From NCBI GenBank assembly GCA_963664225.1, contig OY760937.1:4416001-4480000 (forward strand): a stretch of 64,000 nucleotides of DNA. Direction: 5' to 3'. Below are positions 28,877 through 39,418 of the stretch, in pieces. The number at the start of each line of letters is the position of its first letter. The stretch's first letter is position 1. A model generated the notes under the pieces. The model was not told the origin of the DNA and made no database searches. It was given only the letters and a program-made list of their open reading frames with translations. Made by a program: the position numbers and the translations under genes. The stretch comes from Verrucomicrobiia bacterium (lineage in GTDB: Bacteria > Verrucomicrobiota > Verrucomicrobiia > Limisphaerales > UBA1319).

Positions 28877-29107
28877 ATGAAACAGACTTCTCAAAGTATA
28901 GGCGCGTTGGTCAGAATGACCCGCAAAAGCATGGGTGTGACCCAAAAGGATCTGGCCATGACATCCGGCACAGGTTTGCGATTCATCATTGAAATGGAGA
29001 AAGGGAAGCCGACCTGTCAGTTTGGCAAGGTGCTCACGGTGCTGCATACCCTGGGAATCAAAACCGAATTCATCGCGCCTGTTGGGAACGGGAGGAAAGG
29101 AGGTTAA
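28877..29107 (+). CDS. hipB: HipB-like XRE/HTH antitoxin
   Basis: RKSMGVTQKDLAMTSGTGLRFIIEMEKGKPT HTH directly upstream of hipA. Confidence 0.88.
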   Translation: MKQTSQSIGALVRMTRKSMGVTQKDLAMTSGTGLRFIIEMEKGKPTCQFGKVLTVLHTLGIKTEFIAPVGNGRKGG

Positions 29108-29110
29108 TCC

Positions 29111-30355
29111 ATGGTCAGGACACTCGATGTTTATTTGCACCGGGACCTGGTCGGCCGACTCATTCAGGACGAGCATGGCCAGATGTCCTTCCAATATGCT
29201 GAAAGCTGGTTGAACAGTGCCGGAGCGGTTCCACTCTCCCATTCCCTGTTGCTCAGGAAAGAAGAATTCAACCGAAACGAGTGCCGGGGTTTTTTCGCGG
29301 GAATTTTGCCGGATGAAGGCAAACGCGAAATAATCGCAAAGAATCTCGGGATCAGCGCCAGAAACGATTTTGCCATGCTGGAGCAAATTGGGGGTGAATG
29401 CGCCGGAGCGGTGACGTTTATACCAGCGGGTGAAAAACTGCCCGAACGCAATTACCGTTACCGGCAATTGGCCGGAAAGGAACTGGCCGAAATTCTAAGG
29501 ATGTTGCCGCGCCGTCCGCTGATGGCGGGAGAGGATGGCATCCGGCTTTCATTGGCGGGCGCCCAGGATAAAATTGCCGTGCGCGTTCACAACAATGAAA
29601 TCTCGATGCCACTTGGTGGAGCCCCCAGCACGCATATTCTAAAACCGGCGATTGAGCACTTTGAAGGGATCGTGTTCAACGAAGCGTTTTGCATGAAACT
29701 GGCACGCGCGATTGGCCTGCAAACCGCAAAAACGGAGATTGGCAGGGTGGAGACCATCGATTACCTGCTTGTGGAGCGTTATGACCGCGTGGTGTCGAAG
29801 GATTCTGCGAGCGGCGCGGAATACCTGGAGCGGGAGCATCAGGAGGATTTTTGTCAGGCTCTTGGAATCATTCCTGACAACAAATATCAAAACGAAGGCG
29901 GTCCATCGATCCAGCAGTGCTTTGGCCTCTTGCGCGAATTATCCACCACCCCGGTGATCGATCTCCAACGCCTGCTGGATGCCGTCATATTCAATTTTCT
30001 TATTGGAAACCACGATGCCCACGGAAAGAATTTTTCATTGCTTTACGGTGGCACAACACGGCTTGCACCGCTCTATGATGTTCTGAGCACCGCCTATTAT
30101 CCGGATCTGACCAGGAAAATGGCGATGAAGATTGGCGGTGAATATGCCTCCGACAAGGTGTTGCCAAAGCATTTTGACCAGTTCGCCGATGAAGCGGGAC
30201 TCGCCAAGCCAATGGTAAAACGGCGTGTGCGGGAACTGGCGGAAAGCGTCGTGGCAAAAGCGCCTGCATTGATCACGGAGCAGCCAACGACACGGGCCGT
30301 CGCCCAACTCATTCAAGGCCGCTGCGCAAAAACATTGGAGAAATTTAAAGATTAG
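29111..30355 (+). CDS. hipA: HipA family kinase toxin
   Basis: SLAGAQDK, HILKP, ERYDR, HQEDFCQA, GNHDAHGKNFS, LAPLYD. Confidence 0.95.
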   Translation: MVRTLDVYLHRDLVGRLIQDEHGQMSFQYAESWLNSAGAVPLSHSLLLRKEEFNRNECRGFFAGILPDEGKREIIAKNLGISARNDFAMLEQIGGECAGAVTFIPAGEKLPERNYRYRQLAGKELAEILRMLPRRPLMAGEDGIRLSLAGAQDKIAVRVHNNEISMPLGGAPSTHILKPAIEHFEGIVFNEAFCMKLARAIGLQTAKTEIGRVETIDYLLVERYDRVVSKDSASGAEYLEREHQEDFCQALGIIPDNKYQNEGGPSIQQCFGLLRELSTTPVIDLQRLLDAVIFNFLIGNHDAHGKNFSLLYGGTTRLAPLYDVLSTAYYPDLTRKMAMKIGGEYASDKVLPKHFDQFADEAGLAKPMVKRRVRELAESVVAKAPALITEQPTTRAVAQLIQGRCAKTLEKFKD

Positions 30356-30447
30356 GCGCATGCGTCGGCCCATGGGCAGATGTTTCGGGAGGTGGATTTT
30401 TGCGTTTTTGGGATTCGATGGTAGTTTTGAGTGTTGTTTTTTAAGTT

Positions 30448-30951
30448 ATGAAAATTGCAAAATATATCACAAGTGTTCTCGGGATTTGCGCCCTCTGCGG
30501 CGCGGGCGTCGTGGCCAATGCGGCCGATGAAATGACGGAAACCAAGCCGGATGCAAAAGTGGATGCAAAAGCGGAAGCCACGCCGTATCCGTTGAGCAAG
30601 TGCGTCGTTTCCGGGCAGGCCTTCGGCAAGATGGGCAAGCCGGTGACGGAGGTTTACAAAGGGCGCGAAATCAAATTCTGTTGCAAGGATTGCAAGGCGT
30701 CGTTCGATAAGTCGCCGGATGGTTTTATCGAGAAGATTGACGCCGCCGCCAAGGAAGCTGCAGCCAAGAATCCCTATACATTGACGACTTGCCTGGTATC
30801 CGACGAGAAGCTCGGCGGGAGCATGGGCACGCCCTACACGTTTGTGTATGCGGATAAAGAGGTCAAACTCTGCTGCAAGTCCTGCCTGAAAGACTTCACC
30901 AAGGAACCGGCCAAGTATATGAAGAAAATGGCCCAGGCCTCGGCAAAGTAA
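30448..30951 (+). CDS. Exported protein with two YHS/TRASH-like Cys motifs
   Basis: Signal peptide; duplicated YxLxxCxVS...(F/L)CCKxC...F..P module. Confidence 0.75.
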   Translation: MKIAKYITSVLGICALCGAGVVANAADEMTETKPDAKVDAKAEATPYPLSKCVVSGQAFGKMGKPVTEVYKGREIKFCCKDCKASFDKSPDGFIEKIDAAAKEAAAKNPYTLTTCLVSDEKLGGSMGTPYTFVYADKEVKLCCKSCLKDFTKEPAKYMKKMAQASAK

Positions 30952-30981
30952 GCCGCAGGCTGCGTGCAGGTTTTCCTCCCG

Positions 30982-32010
30982 TTAAAGCAGTCTGGATATT
31001 TGGGGAGTGGTGGCGGCGCCCGTGGTGCCCAGTTGGTGAATGACCACGGACGCGGCGGCACTCGCGATTTCCAGGGTTTCGGTTAATGACGCCCCGGAGG
31101 CGAGCGCCAGGGTCAGGTTGGCCGTCACCGCATCTCCCGCACCGACGATATCAATGGGTCCCCGCAAGGGCAGGGCGTGGACATGAGCGGTCTCTCCCGA
31201 AGCGGATGCCCCGACGATTCCATTCTCCGCCAGCGTGATGAACACGGTGTGATTCTGGCGTTTGGCCAGTTGCGCCGCTTTTTCCTGGACTTCTTGCAGA
31301 TTGAACCGGTTTTCCACATTTAAAAGCCGGGCGAGTTCCGCCGCATTCATTTTGAAAATGAAAGGTGGAAAATCGCGCAACCCGCGCCGGCTGTCGGCCA
31401 TTACAATCACTTCATTGTTTCGGGAACGGGTCTGCGTGAGTTCGTGGATCTGAGCGAGCACTTTCCTGGTTAAAACACCTGTTTGCGCGGCATCGACCTG
31501 TTCCAGCAGGATGATGGCATCGATTTGTTTCTCGTTTATCAGGGAGCGGATGGATTCGCAGAGTTGGTTTTCGAGGGAAGGGGGCGTCGGGGTCCAATTC
31601 TTGAAATCGAGTCGGCTTAATTCCACCGGCGGCTTGTCTGGGGAGCATTCGATGGGTTTGGTATAGGTGAACGTCTGGCGCAGAGGAGTGGAAATGAAAT
31701 GCTCCATGCGAACGCCGGGCCGATTTTGCAGGGCGCGTTGGAGCTCCCAACCTTCGCCATCCTCACCGGCGATGCCCACCACGTTGATTTCACCCGCACC
31801 CAGCGCGCAGAGGTTGTTGACGATGGTGCCCGCGCCACCGGGTTGGGGACGCACCCGCAGCACGTTGTGAACGGCCAGGCCGGTTTCGATGGAGATTTCG
31901 GTTTTCGCGGGATCGATCTCCAAATATCGGTCGAGGCAGAAGTCCCCGATCACCGCCAAGCGCAGACTGGCATAATGATCGCTGATGGATTTAAAACGGG
32001 TTGGGTTCAT
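30982..32010 (-). CDS. PfkB family carbohydrate kinase (RfaE/HldE kinase-like)
   Basis: VIGDFCLDRY, PGGAG, MNAAE, DIVGAGD. Confidence 0.88.
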   Translation of the reverse strand: MNPTRFKSISDHYASLRLAVIGDFCLDRYLEIDPAKTEISIETGLAVHNVLRVRPQPGGAGTIVNNLCALGAGEINVVGIAGEDGEGWELQRALQNRPGVRMEHFISTPLRQTFTYTKPIECSPDKPPVELSRLDFKNWTPTPPSLENQLCESIRSLINEKQIDAIILLEQVDAAQTGVLTRKVLAQIHELTQTRSRNNEVIVMADSRRGLRDFPPFIFKMNAAELARLLNVENRFNLQEVQEKAAQLAKRQNHTVFITLAENGIVGASASGETAHVHALPLRGPIDIVGAGDAVTANLTLALASGASLTETLEIASAAASVVIHQLGTTGAATTPQISRLL

Positions 32011-32181
32011 GGGATGCCGGGAGTGCAAAAGTTTTGGATGCGTGATAGAATTCTTTTGTGAAAAAGCAATATAACTCGGAGACCTGCTGTATCCTTGGTT
32101 TCCAACTGGTTTGCGAGGCGGATTTCGAACCAGTGGAATTGGAGCGGTGGCGAATGAAAACCGTCTGAGTATTCCCTCGAA

Positions 32182-32228
32182 TGCGGATTGGAAATCCGCG
32201 ATACGGCAGGCTGGAAGCCTGCGCTACG
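32182..32228 (+). repeat. REP-like palindromic element
   Basis: TGCGGATTGGAAATCCGCGATACGGCAG identical to 40879-40906; both followed by CTGCGCTACG. Confidence 0.8.
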
Positions 32229-32308
32229 AGGGGGGGAGAGGCAGCGCGACTACGTTTCATGCTGTCATCCTCTCGAATTCTGTTCTGCGTCCACATGTTT
32301 TAGGGGTA

Positions 32309-33427
32309 TCACTTTTGCCCGGATTCCTTCAAAAGCGCGTGATAGAGACCGTGAATGAAGGCGATATTGTCGATGCAGGCATAGTGCATTGCGCCGCCCA
32401 TGCGCGAATAGCTTTTGCAGAACCTCAAGTAGTAGGCTGGGTTGGTCTTTGGCGGTTCGCCCTGGGCCCAATCCCACTGGCCGCCGTCCTGGAGGTCCAC
32501 CACGTAAATGGAATGATCATGGAGCGTGGGGCGATTCTCCTGCAGACGCAGGTTGTTGACGCAGCTCACGCTTTTTTCAAATACCTGCGGCCCCATGATG
32601 GCGCTGCCCACGGAGAGAACCACCCCATGGTCCAATTGCTCCACAGCCGAGGCGAAATAGCGGAAATCCAGACCGGCGGCGCGCCCGATGACGGCGCCAT
32701 TAAACATGGGATGGTTGGTGATGATGTCGTAACCGATCCCGGGATGGACGGTGAGCGGCACACCATGACGGTAGGCGCTGGCGAGGACAGAGGCGTGTTT
32801 CCAGGGGTGAGATACGGTGTGGTGTCCGGCTTCCAACTGGTGCGCGAGCATGGCCTGGAGGAGGTCCGCCAGGGCGGGCGCGAGTGGATGACCGGGGTTT
32901 GTGCGCAGGTTTTGCTCGAGGGATTCAATGGTGGGCAGGTTGGCGCCGTCCTCGAATATAAACCGGCCCAAGGCTCTGCCGTAACCTTCCTCACGCATTC
33001 CGCCGACGAGCAACGCCAGGTGGATGTTGCGCCCGGTTTCGTTCCAGGTGCCGAAGGTGCCGTTGGCCACGTTGTCGCGAACGCTCTCGGTCGATTTGCC
33101 CTGGAAAGCGTATTCCCAGTCGTGAATGGTTCCCGCGCCATTGGTGGCCAGATGCGTGATCCAGCCACGAACCATCATTTGCTCCAAAATCAACGCGGCG
33201 CCATTGCGCAGGAGATGCGCGCCGTAAATCAGCATCACGGTGGCCTGACGGGTGCGGGCCTCGAGAATCTGGCGGGCGCATTGCGTGATCAACGGACGGA
33301 TTGCGTCAGGGCAGGGCGGGGGTTGGGCGGCGGGAACGCGCAGGACATCCTCGAGTCGGCACAAGCTATGGCGTTGCGCCAGAGGCAGAACGTTCAATCG
33401 GTCCATTGGAAACGGCGAGCTGTTCAT
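32309..33427 (-). CDS. Hypothetical protein, deoxyhypusine-synthase-like fold
   Basis: YGAHLLRNG, LATNGAGTIHDWE, VHPGIGYDI, VGSAIMGPQVFEK resemble a DHS-like nucleotide-binding fold; co-oriented with PfkB gene. Confidence 0.6.
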   Translation of the reverse strand: MNSSPFPMDRLNVLPLAQRHSLCRLEDVLRVPAAQPPPCPDAIRPLITQCARQILEARTRQATVMLIYGAHLLRNGAALILEQMMVRGWITHLATNGAGTIHDWEYAFQGKSTESVRDNVANGTFGTWNETGRNIHLALLVGGMREEGYGRALGRFIFEDGANLPTIESLEQNLRTNPGHPLAPALADLLQAMLAHQLEAGHHTVSHPWKHASVLASAYRHGVPLTVHPGIGYDIITNHPMFNGAVIGRAAGLDFRYFASAVEQLDHGVVLSVGSAIMGPQVFEKSVSCVNNLRLQENRPTLHDHSIYVVDLQDGGQWDWAQGEPPKTNPAYYLRFCKSYSRMGGAMHYACIDNIAFIHGLYHALLKESGQK

Positions 33428-33728
33428 GGCAAATAAAGTGTCCCGGCAAATGGGTTGGCCGGATGCCCAATAATGAAGTCGGGCCGAAAAATCACAAGCC
33501 CCTTCGTGCAGGCGGTTCTTGTGAGGGCGAAAGCTAATTTCAAAGCTGTTTTATCGTCCAATGGCATGAATAATGCTATTTTTCAAGGTCGGGAACAATG
33601 GACCCGACGGAGGGCATGGTCGCCAATGCAACGGGCAGTTGAGAGGTTTGGGCGGGTTGGCTGGGTACGTTCGCCAGAGACTTCTTCATTGCACTGCATT
33701 CGGTTTAACAATGGAGCCGTTCAACATT

Positions 33729-34916
33729 ATGAACAGAACACTCGCGGTTATCCTGGGGAAGCCATCACGTTCGGACACCTGCAAAATTGATCGACGCCAA
33801 CCCATCTCGCGATGGAACCTCTTCCCGGCAATACTTGTTTTGCTGGGGGTGGTAGTCGTGGGGAAGGCTGAGACGAACGACTCTTATATTTACTCGATAT
33901 GGAACGGAACCGTAACCATCAATAAATATATCGGTTCCGGAGGCAATGTTACCATTCCAGATAAGATATTGGACATCTCTGTCACGAGGATTTCGCCCGG
34001 GGTTTTCTTTCAAAATACAAACCTCACGAGTGTCACGCTGCCTGATAGCGTTACAAACGTCATGGACCTGGCGTTTGCAAGGTGTACATCGCTGACGAAC
34101 ATTATCTTCGGCAACAGCGTGACCGCCCTCGGGAATGAGATATGTGCAGGTTGCAGTCGTCTCACATCTGTCGCGATTCCAAGTAATGTCATCAGCCTGG
34201 GCTATGGTGCGTTTACCAACTGCAGCAGCCTTACCAATATCATCCTTCCCAATACGCTCGCGAGCATCGGAAGTGGAGCATTCTCACGGTGCGCGAGTCT
34301 GACACGGATCACGCTACCCGGCAGCATCACCAGTTTTGGATCGCGCATTTTCGACAGCAGCAGCAATCTGACGAGCGTCTATTTTGAAGGAAATGCCCCA
34401 ATCCCAGTCCCCTCGCTGCTGTTTACAAACGCAAACCAGGTCACGGTGTATTACCATCCCGAGACTTTCGACTGGGAATCCACCTACGCGGGTCGGCCAA
34501 CGGCAATCTGGTGGATTCATCCACCCTCCTACTTGGAATGGTCCCGGGCCTGGTATCTGCCATGCAAGTATCCAGACACCACTGCAGAGACGGACGATCC
34601 AGATCATGACGGCATGAACAACCTCCAGGAAATGCAGGCGGGCACCGATCCCACCAAACCGAAATCAGTGCTAAAAATGGAACGTGAGCCACGCCCCAAT
34701 GACTTGTTTGATTCTGATAAAACGCCCATGCGCCTGGATGCATTTGCCCTTTACCTGCAAACCGTCCCGGGCAAACAATACCTGGTCCAGAGCGTGAATG
34801 CGTTTGGGGGCGAATGGCAGAACGTGACCAATGTCATCGCCACCACCACGCAAAAGCGGGTCGTGGTCCATAAACCGGTCGATCAGGCATTTTACCGGGT
34901 GATACTGGTTCCTTAA
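33729..34916 (+). CDS. BspA-type leucine-rich repeat surface protein (start uncertain, 33711 or 33729)
   Basis: Repeats LTSVTLPDSVTN..AF.C; Ca-binding-like DPDHDGMNNLQEMQAGTDP; C-terminal FYRV module. Confidence 0.85.
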   Translation: MNRTLAVILGKPSRSDTCKIDRRQPISRWNLFPAILVLLGVVVVGKAETNDSYIYSIWNGTVTINKYIGSGGNVTIPDKILDISVTRISPGVFFQNTNLTSVTLPDSVTNVMDLAFARCTSLTNIIFGNSVTALGNEICAGCSRLTSVAIPSNVISLGYGAFTNCSSLTNIILPNTLASIGSGAFSRCASLTRITLPGSITSFGSRIFDSSSNLTSVYFEGNAPIPVPSLLFTNANQVTVYYHPETFDWESTYAGRPTAIWWIHPPSYLEWSRAWYLPCKYPDTTAETDDPDHDGMNNLQEMQAGTDPTKPKSVLKMEREPRPNDLFDSDKTPMRLDAFALYLQTVPGKQYLVQSVNAFGGEWQNVTNVIATTTQKRVVVHKPVDQAFYRVILVP

Positions 34917-35040
34917 GAATCCCGTTTTCAACGTTCTGAGTGTTCTCTATTCAGCGGGTTTTGTCAGAATGCCGCCACGTCCCGCAGGGTGGCGGGAATT
35001 TTAGGTGGATCATTCCGGGTGGCGCTGTTAAAGTGCGCCC

Positions 35041-35856
35041 ATGTCTTCTGGAATCAAGATTGGCTTTTTGGGAGCCGGGAAAATGGCCACCGCATTGGCC
35101 AAAGGTTTTATCCGAGCCGGATTGGTATCCGCGGAAAATGTAATGGCCGGAGATCTCTCGCCCGCCGCGCGTGAAGCGTTTGCGAAAGAGACCGGCGCTC
35201 AAGTGGCGGCCTCCAACACCGATGTGGCGCGTTTCGCGCAAATCCTGGTTCTGGCGGTCAAGCCCGCGCATGTTGCCGAGGCGCTCAGCCAGATTCGCGC
35301 TTTCTTTACCGACCAGCATCTGCTGATTTCCATCGCCGCCGGGGTTAGCATCAAAACCGTTACCGACGCGCTCTTTGAAACCGCCCGCGTCATTCGCGTG
35401 ATGCCCAACACGCCGGCTTTGGTGGGCGCATCGGCCACGGGTTACGCCCTGGGCGCATCGGCCACGCCGCTGGACGCCACCCTGGCGCAGAGGCTTTTTT
35501 CCTCCGTCGGCATTGCCTTCGAACTCAAGGAAAACCTGTTGGACGCCGTGACCGGTTTGAGCGGAAGCGGCCCGGCCTACGTGTATCTGATGATCGAGGC
35601 CTTGAGCGACGGTGGTGTGGCGGCGGGGTTGCCGCGGGACATTGCCACGCGACTGGCCGCGCAAACTCTGCTGGGCAGCGCCCGCATGGTGTTGGAGACG
35701 GGGCTGCACCCGGGCGTATTGAAAGACATGGTGACCAGTCCCGGCGGCACCACCATTGAGGGCGTCCATGAATTGGAACTGGCCGGAGTGCGGGGGGCGT
35801 TGATCACTGCCGTGCGCGCCGCAGCGGAAAAATCCCAGAAACTGGGCCGCAAATAA
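35041..35856 (+). CDS. proC: Pyrroline-5-carboxylate reductase
   Basis: GFLGAGKM, LAVKP, RVMPNTP, SGSGPAY, VTSPGGTT. Confidence 0.97.
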   Translation: MSSGIKIGFLGAGKMATALAKGFIRAGLVSAENVMAGDLSPAAREAFAKETGAQVAASNTDVARFAQILVLAVKPAHVAEALSQIRAFFTDQHLLISIAAGVSIKTVTDALFETARVIRVMPNTPALVGASATGYALGASATPLDATLAQRLFSSVGIAFELKENLLDAVTGLSGSGPAYVYLMIEALSDGGVAAGLPRDIATRLAAQTLLGSARMVLETGLHPGVLKDMVTSPGGTTIEGVHELELAGVRGALITAVRAAAEKSQKLGRK

Positions 35857-36986
35857 TGGAATTTCCATCCCCATCCCCCAAGCAGGGGCGCATCCTTTGG
35901 GCCTGCGTGACCGCGCTTTCGATCGCCATATTGGCGACATTGGTGGTGATGCTGTTCTGGGGATTCGGCTGGGTATTGAACCGCCTATCCTCCGTTCTGC
36001 TGCCGTTGGCCGTGGCTGGCATTCTGGCCTACCTGATCGACCCCATCGTCGATTTTTTCGAGAATCGCCACGTTCCACGACCGCGGGCCATTTTGCTGGT
36101 GTTCTTTTTGGGTCTCATGGCGGTGATGATTCTCCTGGGCACCGTGGTTCCAAAGCTGATGGTGGAGACCGGCCAATTGATTGACCAATTCCCCGAGTAT
36201 TCCAAAAAAATCAACCTCCAGATTAGCGAGAAACTGGCCACCACACACTGGGGCATGCGAGCCCGGGAAGTCTGGGAAGGGCAGTTCGGCGAGACCGCAC
36301 GCCAGTGGTTGACCAAGGTGGCGCCGGCCGTTTCGACCTGGACTCTGACGCAGTTGACCAAGGTCGCATCCTGGGCGGGATTGGTCGTGGGCTTTGCGCT
36401 GGTGCCGGTCTATCTGTTTTATTTTCTTTTGGAAAAAACCGGCATTTCAAAACATTGGACCGATTACCTGCCCATCCGGGAATCGGGCATCAAGCAGGAA
36501 GTCGTCTTTGTCCTTAACGCGATCAACGATTGCATGATCGTTTTCTTTCGCGGCCAGATCCTTGTGGCGTTGTGCGACGGCGTATTGTTGACCATTGGTT
36601 TCATGGCGCTGGGTCTCAATTACGCGTTGCTGCTCGGACTGGGCGCGGGCCTGCTTTCCGTGATCCCCTATCTGGGCATCATGGTCAGCATCATACCCGC
36701 TGTTCTGCTGGCCGCGGTGGAATTCGGCGATTGGCTCCATCCCTTGCTGGTGGTGGCGGTATTCGTCGTGGTACAGATGCTCGAGGGCCTCTTCATTTCA
36801 CCCAAGATCATGGGGGACCGTGTGGGGCTGCATCCGCTGACGATCATTGTGGCGGTGATGGTGGGCACCACTTTGTTGGGCGGAATTCTGGGGGGCGTGC
36901 TCGCGATTCCTTTGACCGCCGCATTGCGGGTGTTGATGTTTCGCTACGTCTGGACCGATCGAACCACAACCATCCCGGGACACTGA
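35856..36986 (+). CDS. AI-2E (PerM) family transporter
   Basis: AYLIDP, FFRGQ, IPYLG, QMLEG..ISPKIMG, LHP; multiple TM helices. Confidence 0.92.
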   Translation: MEFPSPSPKQGRILWACVTALSIAILATLVVMLFWGFGWVLNRLSSVLLPLAVAGILAYLIDPIVDFFENRHVPRPRAILLVFFLGLMAVMILLGTVVPKLMVETGQLIDQFPEYSKKINLQISEKLATTHWGMRAREVWEGQFGETARQWLTKVAPAVSTWTLTQLTKVASWAGLVVGFALVPVYLFYFLLEKTGISKHWTDYLPIRESGIKQEVVFVLNAINDCMIVFFRGQILVALCDGVLLTIGFMALGLNYALLLGLGAGLLSVIPYLGIMVSIIPAVLLAAVEFGDWLHPLLVVAVFVVVQMLEGLFISPKIMGDRVGLHPLTIIVAVMVGTTLLGGILGGVLAIPLTAALRVLMFRYVWTDRTTTIPGH

Positions 36987-36999
36987 TCCTTAAAGCTGC

Positions 37000-37980
37000 A
37001 TGAGAACGCAACGCCTCCATTCCAAAATTACTTGGACCGGCCGTTGCGCGGCATTCGCAGTTTGGGCGCTGGCGCTATGGCTGGTCGTCGCCCAGGCGAC
37101 CGCGGCTGACACCTTCACCGTGGCGACCTACAATCTGGAGAATTACCTGATCGCGCCGCAGGAAACGAGGGAGGCCAAACCGATCGAAGCGCGCGCGCGG
37201 ATTCAGGAGACCCTCAAGGCGCTCAATGCGGATGTGCTCGCCTTGCAGGAAGTGGGAGGGACGGCGGCCCTGGCTGAACTGCGCGCCGCTCTGGAAAAGG
37301 AGGGTCTCCATTATCCGCAGTGGGAAATCATCCAGGGGCCGGATCCGCTCATAAACATCGCCGTTCTGAGCCGGTATCCCATTATTGCGCGCCGACCGCA
37401 TCCTGATGAATCCTTTCTCTTGAATGGCCGTCGATTTAAGGTCAGCCGTGGCTTTGCCGAAGTGGACATCCGCGTCAACGCCCACTACGCCTTCACCTTG
37501 ATCACAGCGCACTTGAAATCACGCCGACCCGTGCCACAAGCCGATGAAGGCGATCTTCGTGAACAGGAAGGGCTGCGCCTGCGCGAGATCATCGACGCCC
37601 GTCTCGCCGCCAATCCCGAGCTTAACCTTCTGGTTGCGGGCGATCTCAACGATGTGAAATCCGCGCCCTCCACCCATGCGGTGCTGGGAAAAGGCAAAAC
37701 GGCGTTGATCGATCTGCGCCCGACGGAACATGAAGAAGACACGGCGGAATACCGCGCCAGAAACCGGTCCTTGCGGCATGTGACATGGACCTACTTCTAC
37801 GCCAAGGAAGACACCTATAGCCGGATCGATTTCATCCTCACCAGTCGTGGCATGGCGCGGGACTGCTACCGCAAGGAAACACAGGTGCTGGCCCTGCCAT
37901 ATTGGGGTGAGGCCTCGGATCACAGGCCCGTCATCGCCAGCTTCTTCGCCGGGAGCCGCTCGAAGGCTGCCGCAGAATGA
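37000..37980 (+). CDS. Exported endonuclease/exonuclease/phosphatase family protein
   Basis: ATYNLEN, LALQEV, HLKS, GDLND, IDFI, SDHRPV. Confidence 0.92.
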   Translation: MRTQRLHSKITWTGRCAAFAVWALALWLVVAQATAADTFTVATYNLENYLIAPQETREAKPIEARARIQETLKALNADVLALQEVGGTAALAELRAALEKEGLHYPQWEIIQGPDPLINIAVLSRYPIIARRPHPDESFLLNGRRFKVSRGFAEVDIRVNAHYAFTLITAHLKSRRPVPQADEGDLREQEGLRLREIIDARLAANPELNLLVAGDLNDVKSAPSTHAVLGKGKTALIDLRPTEHEEDTAEYRARNRSLRHVTWTYFYAKEDTYSRIDFILTSRGMARDCYRKETQVLALPYWGEASDHRPVIASFFAGSRSKAAAE

Positions 37981-38363
37981 TGTCCGCAACCTCGCAACAA
38001 CCCGCCCTGAACTTGCGCATGACTGCAATCGCCCTCCTGGGAATGGCACTTGCGCTGGTTTTGGCGCGGCTGACGGTGCAGGGTTGGGTGGCGCTGCCGG
38101 TTTGCGGCTGGCGCTGGCTGACGGGGATTCCTTGCCCCTTGTGCGGCGGCGTCCGCTGCCTCGATGCCCTGAGCCACGGGCAACTTCTTCGGGCGCTTGC
38201 TCTCAATCCCATGGTGTTTTTGGGATGCGTCGGCGGGCTGGCCTGGGCCTTCAATTCAGGGCTGCGGCATTGGCTGCAAACAAAATCTCCCGCGCGTTGG
38301 GGTCGCTGGATCGTCCTGGCCGCTGTAATCAACTGGGTTTATTTGATTGCTGTTTCGCGATGA
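37977..38363 (+). CDS. DUF2752-like membrane protein
   Basis: C...TGIPCPLCGG.R...HG...A...NP motif and TM helices. Confidence 0.8.
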   Translation: MMSATSQQPALNLRMTAIALLGMALALVLARLTVQGWVALPVCGWRWLTGIPCPLCGGVRCLDALSHGQLLRALALNPMVFLGCVGGLAWAFNSGLRHWLQTKSPARWGRWIVLAAVINWVYLIAVSR

Positions 38364-38467
38364 AGACCTTTGCAGGAATTCTTGCGTGTGGATTTGGAGT
38401 TTGATTCATAGCCGGTTTACGTATAGGAATAAGCTTCGGGCTGGACGATTTCACCGATTATTCGCTC

Positions 38468-39418
38468 ATGAATTTTAACTGCAAATGGGTTTTGTGGCTG
38501 CCGATCCTGGCGCTTTGCATGGGGTCAGGCTGTTCCGCGCGCAAATTCGCCGTGAACAAATTGGGCGACGCCCTGTCCCAGGGCGGGTCGTCCTATGCGA
38601 GCGATGACGATCCGGAGTTGGTGAAGCAGGCCATTCCTTTCAGTCTGAAACTGGTCGAAAGCCTTCTGTCGGAAAGTCCAAAGCATCAAGGGCTATTGCT
38701 GGCGGCCTGCCAGGGTTTCACCCAATACGGTTACGCGTTTGTCCAGGAGGATGCCGACGAGTTGGAAAGCCAGAACCTGACCGCTTCCACCGCAATGCGT
38801 GAACGCGCCCGCCGACTCTATGCGCGAGCGACGCGCTATGGTATGCGAGGTCTGGAAGGGCGGTATCCAGGTTTCGAGAAGGCGCTCCGGGCGGATGCAA
38901 AGACGGCCGTGGCCCGGCTGAACCGGCGTGACGTTCCCTTGGTTTACTGGACCACCGTCTCGTGGGCCGCGGGGATCGCCCTCTCGAAGGACAGGCCGGA
39001 AACCATTGCGGATGTGCCGATTGTCCAGACATTGGCGGACCGAGCCGAGGCCCTCGATGCCGATTATGACCACGGTTCCCTCGAGTCCTTTTTGATCAGC
39101 TTCGAATCTGCCCGCACGGATCGTACCGGCAATCTGGACGCGCGCATCAAAAAGCACTTCGACCGGGCGATGGCGTTGAGCCAGAATCAACTGGCGGGAC
39201 CGCTGGTCTCGTATGCCGAAGCCGTTTCTGTGAAAAACCAGAACGTCAAAGAGTTTCAATCCCTGCTCCAACAGGCCCTGCAAATCAACCCGGACTCCAA
39301 ACCAGAGTGGCGCTTGATGAATCTGGTGACGCAGCGGCGGGCCCGCTGGCTGCTGTCCCGCACCGATGATCTGTTTTTGATTTCCGATGTTCCTGATGAA
39401 AAACCAGAGGTAAAATAA
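38468..39418 (+). CDS. TRAP transporter TatT-component lipoprotein
   Basis: Lipobox-like GSGC; DDDPELV..AIPF.LK..ESLL; TPR-like helices; abuts dctP-like gene. Confidence 0.82.
   Translation: MNFNCKWVLWLPILALCMGSGCSARKFAVNKLGDALSQGGSSYASDDDPELVKQAIPFSLKLVESLLSESPKHQGLLLAACQGFTQYGYAFVQEDADELESQNLTASTAMRERARRLYARATRYGMRGLEGRYPGFEKALRADAKTAVARLNRRDVPLVYWTTVSWAAGIALSKDRPETIADVPIVQTLADRAEALDADYDHGSLESFLISFESARTDRTGNLDARIKKHFDRAMALSQNQLAGPLVSYAEAVSVKNQNVKEFQSLLQQALQINPDSKPEWRLMNLVTQRRARWLLSRTDDLFLISDVPDEKPEVK

Noticed and set aside
23262..30355. Integron, prophage or composite transposon
   Set aside because: No integrase, transposase, attC-type sites, terminal inverted repeats or phage genes seen
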